Assembly (NCBI RefSeq): GCF_001194135.2
Contig: NC_068987.1
Span: 93,873,926-93,937,925, forward strand
Length of the DNA: 64,000 nucleotides
Source of the DNA: Octopus bimaculoides
Taxonomy: Eukaryota
Direction: 5' to 3'
The notes beneath the pieces are model-generated. The model was not told the DNA's origin. It worked only from the letters and a program-made list of their open reading frames with translations, and did no database searches. Below are positions 24,701 through 35,690 of the stretch, one piece after another. Within the stretch, counting starts at the first letter, position 1, and each line of letters opens with the position of its first letter. The position numbers and the translations under genes are program-made.

Positions 24701-24841
24701 TTACATTATTTATATTTGACAGATTTTTGTCCTCATCTTGTTTGTTGTTACCATAACGTATCGGCTGGGTATATCAGCCGAAACGTGGTGTTAACAACAA
24801 ACAAGATGTGGACAAATATCCGTCAAATGTAAATAATGTAA
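24701..24841. repeat. Inverted repeat, 67-bp arms (59/67 identical), 7-nt loop
   Basis: Arms 24701-24767 and 24775-24841, aligned by hand. Confidence 0.9.
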
Positions 24842-25218
24842 ATAATGTACATCATTCCTCATCTCTTAAATATACAACTGTATAGATTTGGGTCTTAGAA
24901 AAGTTCTTAGTCTGATGACGCTCGAAATGTGGAGCAGATAAACACCTGACAACCGGTGAAGTCTCTTTTTTATGTTACTTTTCTTGTTTCCCATTTATTT
25001 CTCTCGTTGTTCGCATACAAAAGTTTGTCTTCGTATTTCATGGTGTTTTCGTATTTCGTATTTCATGTTGTTTACCTTTTGTGATATCCTGTGCCCATAT
25101 ATGCATATATATACATATATATGTATGTACATATATGTATGTATATATACCTATATATATATTATTTATATTATATTATATTATATTATATATATATATC
25201 TATCTATCTATCTATCTA

Positions 25219-25252
<34 letters not shown>

Positions 25253-25293
25253 CACATACATGTATACATNNNNNNNNNNTATATATATATATG

Positions 25294-25324
<31 letters not shown>

Positions 25325-25644
25325 ATATCCAATAGTATGAAGGTGTTTCATGTACAAGGGTACCAAGGTTCGTTCGTGGGTAACGTACCTGTGCACTTAA
25401 AGTGTGTACAGACACTCATGCATTTAATAAATTAAATACAGATTTGTTATTTACGTTACGCATTCACAAATATAGTCCAAATACACAGGGTGTTATACGT
25501 CAAGGTACACAGGTGTATACTCCGGCAAGCAGTCCACGCTCCATTGCAGACTCAACACCTAAAGCAGAGAAGGTTCCAAGTGTGGTATAGGATATAGAAC
25601 CTCAGCACGTCTGTGTTATTATGCACACGCCACACACACACATG

Positions 25645-25676
<32 letters not shown>

Positions 25677-25682
25677 AACACA

Positions 25683-25726
<44 letters not shown>

Positions 25727-25961
25727 TGAGTGGACAAACGAAATTAGCGCATTCAACCAAGTTATTGAGAGTTACATGTATGGATCAAAACAGTTTGATT
25801 CAAATTCGTTGATACTCCAAGTTTCACGCGTGATGCCACTCGTTAGCCATTTTGAATTATACATACATGAATATATACATATATATTCGCGTATGTCTGG
25901 TATATACGTACACAGATGAAAAAAATAGATGTTTTGCGATATTTAGAATTCAATAAGTTGG

Positions 25962-26005
<44 letters not shown>

Positions 26006-26539
26006 NNNNNNNNNNNNNNNNNNNNNNNNNNNNNNNNNNNNNNNNNNNNNNNNNNNNNNNNNNNNNNNNNNNNNNNNNNNNNNNNNNNNNNNNNNNNNNN
26101 NNNNNNNNNNNNNNNNNNNNNNNNNNNNNNNNNNNNNNNNNNNNNNNNNNNNNNNNNNNNNNNNNNNNNNNNNNNNNNNNNNNNNNNNNNNNNNNNNNNN
26201 NNNNNNNNNNNNNNNNNNNNNNNNNNNNNNNNNNNNNNNNNNNNNNNNNNNNNNNNNNNNNNNNNNNNNNNNNNNNNNNNNNNNNNNNNNNNNNNNNNNN
26301 NNNNNNNNNNNNNNNNNNNNNNNNNNNNNNNNNNNNNNNNNNNNNNNNNNNNNNNNNNNNNNNNNNNNNNNNNNNNNNNNNNNNNNNNNNNNNNNNNNNN
26401 NNNNNNNNNNNNNNNNNNNNNNNNNNNNNNNNNNNNNNNNNNNNNNNNNNNNNNNNNNNNNNNNNNNNNNNNNNNNNNNNNNNNNNNNNNNNNNNNNNNN
26501 NNNNNNNNNNNNNNNNNNNNNNNNNNNNNNNGAATTTCG

Positions 26540-26568
26540 ATGACGGAAGTGTGTGTAGAAGACTGTCG

Positions 26569-26606
<38 letters not shown>

Positions 26607-26830
26607 TGTGTTTGTCGGAGTATGTCACCTTCTCCACTGTTTCACAACCGGTACTCGTTTGTTTACGTCCTCGCAAGGTGGCGGTTTAGCATAACAGACT
26701 GATGGAATAAGTATTAGATTTGCAAAGAATATAGAAGTACTGCGCTCGATTCTTTCGTCTAGAAATTCTTGAAGACGGTGCTCCAGTATGGTCGCAATTC
26801 AATTACTGAAACAAGTAAAAGACGAAATAC
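26540..26830 (+). mobile_element. SINE-A 3' half
   Basis: (TG)n followed by a tail homologous to the reverse complement of 16966-17150 (GGTGCTCCAGTATGGTCGCA...ACTGAAACAAGTAAAAG). Confidence 0.7.
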
Positions 26831-26978
26831 ATCGTAATTGCAAAACAATGGCATCGTTGCTTCAATCTTTCAAATAAACCGACAAACTTCAGAGCGGCTG
26901 CGGTGCCAATTTTTCACTCAGACCCGAAGAATCACCTAAAGACTTTCTTATAAAAAGCATCTGGTTTCTGCTTTCTAG

Positions 26979-27110
26979 CACCCTCTCTTAATATATTTAT
27001 TATACACCCTCTCCTAATATGTTTATTATACACCCTCTGCTAATTTATTTATTATACACCCTTTCCTAATATACTTATTATACACCTTTTCCTGGTATTT
27101 TTATTATACA
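26979..27110. repeat. 26-bp minisatellite, ~5 copies
   Basis: TATACA(CC) recurs at 27001, 27027, 27053, 27079 and 27105. Confidence 0.9.
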
Positions 27111-27199
27111 TCAGCGCTAGATATATCCATACATGCATTCATATATATGAACGAGCCTGTAGGCGCGAAAAAAAAAAGAAACCGCGTTAAGCTGCGTTG

Positions 27200-27505
27200 T
27201 TTTCTGGTTAGGGTATGTAATTCACGACCGTAAAGTTGTGGTTAAATTCCCGGCGACGCATTTTGTTCATGAGCAAAACACTTATTTCATGTTGTTCCAG
27301 TCCACTCAGCTGGCCAAAATGTGTAATACCTGTAATTGAAAAGGTCCAGCCTCGTCACACTCTGACACACTGAATCTCCCTTAGAACTACGTTAACTTAA
27401 CGCGGGTCTGTGGAGTGCTCAGCCACTTGTGCATTAATTACATCAGCAAGCTCTTCTGCTGATTGGATCAGCTTGAACGCTCATCGCCGTAACCGACGGA
27501 GTGCC
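27200..27505 (+). mobile_element. tRNA-derived CORE-like SINE with a SINE-C-type tail
   Basis: Reverse-complement homolog of 30436-30761; ends GTAACCGACGGAGTGCC. Confidence 0.75.
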
Positions 27506-28305
27506 AGTTTTAGTTTATACTCAGCGGTATGCAAAATTATTCCAGCCATTAGAGCTAATTGTTAATTTGATTTAAGCTACCTCTAAGTTCACTTCGTGGG
27601 AAAAGGTAAGGTCTCAATATTTGTCATCTGTGGGCGATTAATGAAGAGTATATCGTATCAAGACAATTTGTAGTTTTGTACGTCTGTAGAGAATAACAAG
27701 GCGTGTTCACATTTGTTTTAAAATGCCAGAGAGAGATATACAGAAACTGTAGTTGAACTACTATAAATTTATCTTGGGTTTTCGAAGACACGCCGCGTTA
27801 TTTCTAAATATTCTTCTGTTGTTTGACTACGTCAACAACAAACCCACGGTTAGCAATATACGTATATATATATATATATATATNNNNNNNNNNNNNNNNN
27901 NNNNNNNNNNNNNNNNNNNNNNNNNNNNNNNNNNNNNNNNNNNNNNNNNNNNNNNNNNNNNNNNNNNNNNNNNNNNNNNNNNNNNNNNNNNNNNNNNNNN
28001 NNNNNNNNNNNNNNNNNNNNNNNNNNNNNNNNNNNNNNNNNNNNNNNNNNNNNNNNNNNNNNNNNNNNNNNNNNNNNNNNNNNNNNNNNNNNNNNNNNNN
28101 NNNNNNNNNNNNNNNNNNNNNNNNNNNNNNNNNNNNNNNNNNNNNNNNNNNNNNNNNNNNNNNNNNNNNNNNNNNNNNNNNNNNNNNNNNNNNNNNNNNN
28201 NNNNNNNNNNNNNNNNNNNNNNNNNNNNNNNNNNNNNNNNNNNNNNNNNNNNNNNNNNNNNNNNNNNNNNTATATATATATATAATAAATTAAAGTTGTG
28301 GAATA

Positions 28306-28345
<40 letters not shown>

Positions 28346-28557
28346 GTCCATGTATGTTTATATATGTGTGTGCGTACATACATACATACATACTACATAC
28401 TACATACGTACATACATACATATATACTACATACATACAAACTACACATACTACATACATGCATATATACATACTATATGCATACATACATACATACATA
28501 CATACTACATGCATACATAAGTACTACATACATACATGCATACATACATATTTACAG

Positions 28558-28763
28558 TCAGTTCAATACAATAAAGAATTTTGCAAACCTGAAATACGTT
28601 CAGCAAATAATGAACCAATTGTCGCCAGAAACCTCAGAATGTAGCAACCACGATGAAGATGTTTGGAATGGCTCGTGTCAACATAATTCGAGTTCCCTCA
28701 CAGTTCTTCCATTACACAAGAGAGAAGCAGAAATAAGCAAAAGAAACCAGTCATCTGCTTTCT
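28558..28763 (+). CDS. Candidate internal coding exon of an unidentified gene
   Basis: TTTACAG acceptor, GTGAGT donor at 28764, and an open non-repetitive frame FNTIKNFANLKYVQQIMNQLSPETSECSNHDEDVWNGSCQHNSSSLTVLPLHKREAEISKRNQSSAF. No recognised homology. Confidence 0.3.
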
Positions 28764-29389
28764 GTGAGTATCACTATAATTTATGTTTTAATGACTGTGT
28801 TGTGGTTTTACTTCCCCCGACAACTTATTGAAGGTGTTAGCAACAAAGTCTTTAGGAATATTCTCAAATTAATTCCGAATTGAAACCGCATCACTGCTTC
28901 AACTCAATGGATGTCGGTGATTGGAGGTGGTGGTGGTGGTGGTGGTGGTGGTGGTGGTGGTGGTTTGTGATGCTGTTGTCCTTGTTGTTTGTGTATGATG
29001 GGTGTTGGCAGCCTCGGTGAACATCGACAAATCTTTGTCTACACCAGTCGCCATTGCCATTCAGAGATACTATTACCTACATTATGAACATATTTATTAG
29101 TTTATGGCTTTAACAATACAATCTCTGATCCTTCTGCCCTCCCAGCTACGTTACATTAGGTTCAGCCAATCCTTTCGCACATTGGCCTAAACGAAACGCT
29201 GAAATTAATGTCGTAGCACGAAGAATGATTGCAATATATGAAAAATTAGCAAACACTTCATATTTTATTGAAAGGAATAAATGAAAGCAAATTGAATATG
29301 CAAGCCAAGACAACAATGGAACAATACAATAGAGCATACAGAACAAAGTAACTCTTGCATAGATGTATATACGCATATATATATATATA

Positions 29390-29390
29390 T

Positions 29391-29465
<75 letters not shown>

Positions 29466-29594
29466 GTACTCACGCATACGAACACAAACCAATAAACGGA
29501 TCTTCAATCTTGAGCCTCATTGTGTTCTTTGGCTGTGCGGCGTATTGTAGTTTTGCGTCTGCACTATCCTTGAGGCAAAAGATAAACCTACTAT

Positions 29595-29636
<42 letters not shown>

Positions 29637-29800
29637 CACTACCACCACCACCACCACCACCACCACTACCGACATCACCACCACCACCACCACAATCACC
29701 ACCACCAACACCACCACCACCACCACCACCACAATCACCACCACCACCACCACCACAACTACCACCACAATCACCACCACCGCCACAACCAGAATCATCA
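29390..29800. repeat. (GT)n followed by a compound (CTA)n/(CCA)n microsatellite
   Basis: Direct inspection. Confidence 0.9.
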
Positions 29801-30435
29801 TGATATGTTGCCGCGGACGTAAGGTCATCCTTTTATTCAAGATTATTGTTGCTGCACCAAGATTCACAGACTGCAAAATATTCAGTCAATCGGTTTCAAT
29901 AAATAACGTTTCGTGTTGTAATGTTCCCAGTTCTGAGTTCATATTTCACGAAGATCCATTTTTCTCTTCTACTATTCCGTGGTAAATAAAACAGAGCTTT
30001 CCCTGACGAATGCTTGGGACAATATAATAGTTTTCATACGACTCTGTCCCTATGCCTAAAATATCGAGTTTTATACATTTACTCAACATCCTTAATGTTA
30101 GTCTTAAAGCGCCATGAATTGAGACAAAACTGCGAAATGACACTTGCAATATCATCAACCGTATAACGATGGCTGGTAATTTTTCTAATAATGGTATAAT
30201 AATAGCTGGAATATTTGTTAATGAGTGAGTAATTATTTCCTTTTAATTATATATTTATCAAAGATAAACAAACGTAAACATAATAAATATTTACGTAAAC
30301 ATTATAATACATAAACGTATTATAACGTAAACATTAAGTATAAAACGTAAACGTTATAATAAAAATGACATAGCCATCGAGAAAAGAAGCCGGAGAAAAA
30401 AAAAGAATAAGGATTTTGAACGCTTATAACTAAAG

Positions 30436-30761
30436 TGGAACTCCGTCGGTTACGACGACGAGTGTTCCAGTCAATCTGATCAAAAGAACAAGCTGCTCTT
30501 GAAATTAAGGAGAATGTGACTGAGTACTCCACAGATACACGTACACTTAATAAATTTCTGAGGGATAGTCAGTGTGACACAGAATGTGACAAGGTTGGCC
30601 CTTTGAATTACACGTACAAAACTCATTTTTGCCAGCTGAGTGGACTGGAGCAACGTGAAATAAAGTGTCTTGCTCAAGGACACAACGCGTCGCCGGGAAA
30701 TGAACTCATGACTTTACGACTGTGAATCAAATATCCAAACCACTAAGCCACGTGCTTGCAC
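30436..30761 (-). mobile_element. tRNA-derived CORE-like SINE, near full length
   Basis: tRNA-like head at 30690-30761, CORE-like body, and a tail shared with 14720-14831 and 27325-27505. Confidence 0.85.
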
Positions 30762-30899
30762 AAGAACATACATGATACATGCATACATACGTACATACGT
30801 GTGTGTGTGTGTGTGTGTTTATATACAATGAATGAACAAAAAATCGGAAAAAGACAACAAATGGAATAGGAACTGAAAATGATGTTTTAGATACAAATG

Positions 30900-31325
30900 A
30901 AAAAGGGAAAAGTATTTTTGACGATTCGGACGTAGAGTCCTTCATCAGATAAAAAAAAAAGAAACATAAACGAGGACGGTGGTGAAAAGGAAGGAAGAGG
31001 AAAGTTAGAGGGTAGTTGAGAATACACTTCCATGGGGAAGAGTTGAAGAGAAAGGATGAGGCAGGTATTTTCATGCATATAAAGAAGGGTGTCTGTTGAA
31101 GGAGAAAGATATGGGGGGAGTGAACGGTTTGGGGTTCGGGTGGTGGGGTGGGGATAAGTAGATCTGAGTAATGGGAATCGAGGAAGCAGAAAAAAATGGA
31201 GACAACGTTGGAGTAGGTGGGAGAAAATGTTACAAAATTGATGAGAGTGGAAAATGATGATTCGGTAGATATCCGAAAGTCAAAAGTCAGTTGAGTGTGA
31301 AAGAGTAGGTATAACGATGACAAGG
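30900..31325 (-). mobile_element. Penelope-like element remnant with a hammerhead-like motif
   Basis: Minus strand has FHTQLTFDFRISTES, similar to the PLE RT FHPxLxFTxxxS motif. It also has a weak GIY-YIG C-terminal-like stretch (ENTCLILSLQLFP/HG) and then CTGATGAAGGACTCTACGTCCGAATCGTC. Confidence 0.45.
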
Positions 31326-31353
31326 AGGAGGAAGAGAACAGAATAAGGAAGAT

Positions 31354-31422
<69 letters not shown>

Positions 31423-31756
31423 NNNNNNNNNNNNNNNNNNNNNNNNNNNNNNNNNNNNNNNNNNNNNNNNNNNNNNNNNNNNNNNNNNNNNNNNNNNNNN
31501 NNNNNNNNNNNNNNNNNNNNNNNNNNNNNNNNNNNNNNNNNNNNNNNNNNNNNNNNNNNNNNNNNNNNNNNNNNNNNNNNNNNNNNNNNNNNNNNNNNNN
31601 NNNNNNNNNNNNNNNNNNNNNNNNNNNNNNNNNNNNNNNNNNNNNNNNNNNNNNNNNNNNNNNNNNNNNNNNNNNNNNNNNNNNNNNNNNNNNNNNNNNN
31701 NNNNNNNNNNNNNNNNNNNNNNNNNNNNNNNNNNNNNNNNNNNNNNNNNNNNNNNN

Positions 31757-31926
31757 NTATATATATATACGACGGGGCTTCTTTCAGTTTCCATCTACTA
31801 AATCCACTCACAAGGCTTTGGTCGGCCCGAGGCTTTAGTAGAAGACAGTTGCCGAAGGTGCTTTGCAGTGGGAATGAACCCAGAACCATGTGGTTGGGAA
31901 GCAAGCTACTTACAAAGCCACTCCTC
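31757..31926 (-). mobile_element. SINE-A 5' half, uninterrupted head
   Basis: Aligns with 17481-17621 and continues directly into ACAAAGCCACTCC, giving an empty-site control for the Tx1 insertion. Confidence 0.9.
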
Positions 31927-31999
31927 TCAATGAAATATCATTGAAATTAGGATATATTTCAATGATATTCTCGTGATATATATTTATATATCAACAATA

Positions 32000-32900
32000 G
32001 CGTCTTTGACCACCACCTTCTTATATTACTTCACGCGATTCCATGCTCCCAATCAACTTCTGCAGGAGATCAAGTGGAAGCTCTTCCGAGGCCTTCGTTA
32101 TTACCGTTTCAAGTTCGTCAATAAATGAATACTGCTTGCCTTTTCGGTACACAAAGTTCATGAGATAATCCCCAGGCATTCTCCATAGGATTAAGGTCGG
32201 GACTTCTTGTTGTCTATGGCCTGACTTCAACCCTAATATAGGAAATCCAAAGTTGCCTTTGCTTTATGAAAAGGAGCGCTGTCCTGCTGAAATATGAAGT
32301 TCTCGCCCTGGAGCTTTCTTCCTTATTCGAGCCCTGTGCGCAGCATTGAAACGGCCATCCATGATGACATGTGGCAGCTTCCCATTGGCAGATATTGCTC
32401 TCCACATCATAAGACCTCCTCCGCAGTTCTCCACTTGGAATAAGTAGAATTTTGCATGCATTTATCTGTCCAGTAATACTTATAACCGTTGGGCCATCCA
32501 AATTCCATTTTTCCTCATCAGCAAACAGAACCCTGGTCCGTTCACCATCCCACGCCAGATGCTGCCGAGCAAACTCTCATCTATCAGCTTTGTGGGAAGA
32601 ACACAATAACGGTCATCCTAGCCACTTCTTCAGGTGGATACCATGGTTCAGAATAACTCGTTTTCGGTGGATGTCGAGGTTCCTACTCCCGCTGATGCCT
32701 AACAGAACAGCAGTGTGACTTCTTCACAACTCTGACAATAGCCCTTTCATCCCTTTCTGATGTAGCCTTCGGTTGTCCGCCAGCATGAACCCTGTTGTTA
32801 TCCAGTGGCGGTCTGCTTCACCGAATCTTCTCGGCAATCTTCCAGTTACTCGTACGTTCCGTTTTCGGTTTCTAGACTCTTCCCTTACTTAATTTCGGAA
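32000..32900 (-). mobile_element. Tc1/mariner (Tc3-like) transposase pseudogene
   Basis: Frameshifted minus-strand motifs: GGQPKATSERDERAIVR, EFARQHLAW, VLFADEEKWNLDGP, GGGLMMWRAISANGK, RSPDLNPMENAWDYL, LLQKLIGSM. TIRs not identified. Confidence 0.85.
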
Positions 32901-34126
32901 AACTTTGTAGCCTTAGGCATACTGGAAATGTAATATGGAACATGGTAAATACGACTGAGTCAAATATTTTTCGAAACGATCTGGAAACAAATGAAACTGT
33001 ATTTGTGGCTTTATAATTCTGAAGTGTTGATATGCTAGTAAAAATTGGAAAATCGGGTGTCGTAACGTGATAATAAAAATATAAGGTTTATATATCAAAG
33101 GATTCACGAAGTACCCATTTATAATATATTATGCCCCTTAGTCCACTTAAATACAAAGCAAAATTTCTGAATAACTTAAGAAACACATGACTATAACTTT
33201 GAATAATTGTTTATATATAAAAGTCTATGACACTTGACTACGAACACAATCACACCTTGGACCAGTTTCTCCACCCTCAAGTTTACTCAATAACAACATG
33301 GCTCAGGTGTGTTATAACGTCGACATTGTTATAGGTTTTTACAGATATACATTTTGATACCAGTTGGTTACAATCGTTATAGTCATTGAGTTTTTTCTTC
33401 TTTGCTACACAGGTAAATATCTATAGAGATATATGTCTTAATGCACACACACATATATACGTGTGAATCCGTGCGCATTTACGTATAGAATTTGCATATC
33501 TGTGTATACTTGAATATATTTTAACATAAGTACATATATATATTCACGCCCACACTCACCACACAGACACACACACACACACACACACGCACACACACGC
33601 ACACACACACACACACACACATACACACACAACCATAAATACACATATATGTACAAAAATACAAACATACGTGCATAGATGTTTAAAGAAATATATGGCT
33701 GTCTAAACATATATACATCTTTAACAATTTATTTCTTGCCTTGTTCAAAAGATTTTTGGATTAGTATAATTCCTAGAGAGAATCTACTACGTTCTGACAG
33801 CCAAATAATCGCCATTTCCACCTAGTAGCGTCTCATCCGTCTCCATTTCACTCCCAACTACGCACATCCTTTCAATCTGATTGCGTAGATATCAGTCAAT
33901 ATCAAGATTAAATCATCCGATTACAAGTCCATCATCTGCTTTAGGAATAAATACCACCCTCACTTCCCCATTCTCTTTCTCTCTCTCCTTCTCACTCTTC
34001 CCATATATACATGTATATAAACACATACACACGAACGCACACATACACATTCATGCACTCATACAAGTATGCATATATATATAAATATGTACGTATATGG
34101 TTGTATGTAGCAGTAGTAATAGTAGT

Positions 34127-34192
<66 letters not shown>

Positions 34193-35535
34193 TTCTGTTG
34201 TACAAAAATTCCCAACTGCTAAATACATTTTTTGAGAAGTGAGTCGAGCTTAATATATGTTAATTTATTAGAGTTAAACATGGAAGACACAGCCTCGTTT
34301 TGCTTCTCTTCGATTGAATGACTTTACACAGAAGTGGTTTGGAAAGTCACATGATGTCTTCCTGCGCAGTGAACGGTTGTCGTTTTTTAGATTGTCGCTT
34401 ATTGTCAATCAGTATGAGACACGTCTAAGAATTTAGGTGTTGCAGTAAATAAAATTTTATTTATTTATTTTATCATTTTTTTTAGACTAGAATAATGTCG
34501 TGTAGTGTGGACTGACTCCATATATTATGGAGTTCATACGACGCTGATCCGTTCTTAAGTGCGTGTAACTCATTTAAACATTCCATGAGACGATGATGAA
34601 CCCCTTTAACTCTCATTTTCATGTCTTGAAACTCAATGATGTTTCGAAATATGGTGGAATTGGTAATAGTTGAGCAAGTTACTCTGAAAGGAATGTGCTG
34701 GAAACACAGTTTCGTTTATGGTTGCATTTCTGGTGGAGACATCAACTAAGTGTACAATGCGTTCGCTCAACGTTTTCTCAGCATGGAGCCAATCTGTATG
34801 CATAAGAAATTACCTGTTGACATTATTCTACGAGTGAAGATTAGAGTCAAGAGGTTCCAAATGGTCGGAGTATTTTTACAGTGTGTCACATGACTTTTAG
34901 ATATAGTCTTCATTTGATAAAAACAAAATTATAGCAAAGCTAGCCAATGGCCAGTGTTGAGTATCCAGCAAGGTTGTAGTCAATGGTTTCATCAAACCGG
35001 CCATCAATGTAGCATTCTGCCTTGACATTCTGCTTCAGAATATAATTTTCAGAAATGTGTAGTTGGACTTCAAGTTAAGAATTTGGCCATATTCCCCATT
35101 ATTAGACTCAGTATTTGCATAGCAAATCTGAGAGTTGTCTTTGTTACCGCTTTCATCGTATATGTGGATTTTCGTGAGTATTTATGGACTTCATGTTTAC
35201 AGTCAAATAGGAAGCCCACATCTCCCCTCACTCTCCAAACGTAATCTCACACATTTCTGCGATTGATTTCCACTTTTGCTAGAATTCCATTGCTTTCGTT
35301 CTTACGAAAGGCACCGCACGTTTCATGATTTTCTCCATTGATTACAAATAGATGCAATTGTTTAGTGTTGGCATGTGAATCTGCGGAATTGGTATCAGAG
35401 AAAATGAAGACAATAATGGGATCTATATTAGTGTTAGGTGTTTTACATGACTTTTTCTGTATATTTGCGTTTTGCTGCTGCATAAGCGTGGATGAGATCC
35501 GAATTAGCAGAACTATTTTTTACTGATATCTCTGT

Positions 35536-35690
35536 CTACCTAATCACCAAATGCACATTCCGACATGCAGTGTCTAGTTGCATAGGAGAACATGGAGACC
35601 TGAAATGTATATTTTCCACTGCACAATCAATTACTGTAAGTGTGTAATTTACTGGTAAATAAGACAGGGTCGGAGATAGAATATCTCTGT
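35536..35690 (-). CDS. Possible terminal coding exon, unidentified
   Basis: Strong acceptor TTCTTTTCTTTTGCAG ending at 35691. One frame is open for 51 codons to TAG. AATAAA motifs lie ~1.1 kb downstream (~34450-34470). No homology recognised. Confidence 0.2.

Noticed and set aside
24905-24935. CTGATGACGCTCGAAAT
   Set aside because: Helix II is too short to form, and there is no helix I or III pairing.
29800-30200. RYTVDDIA resembling the PLE RYVDD motif (minus strand)
   Set aside because: Single degenerate motif amid stops.
32505-32525. CTGATGA on the minus strand
   Set aside because: Encodes FADEEK of the transposase; no hammerhead helices.
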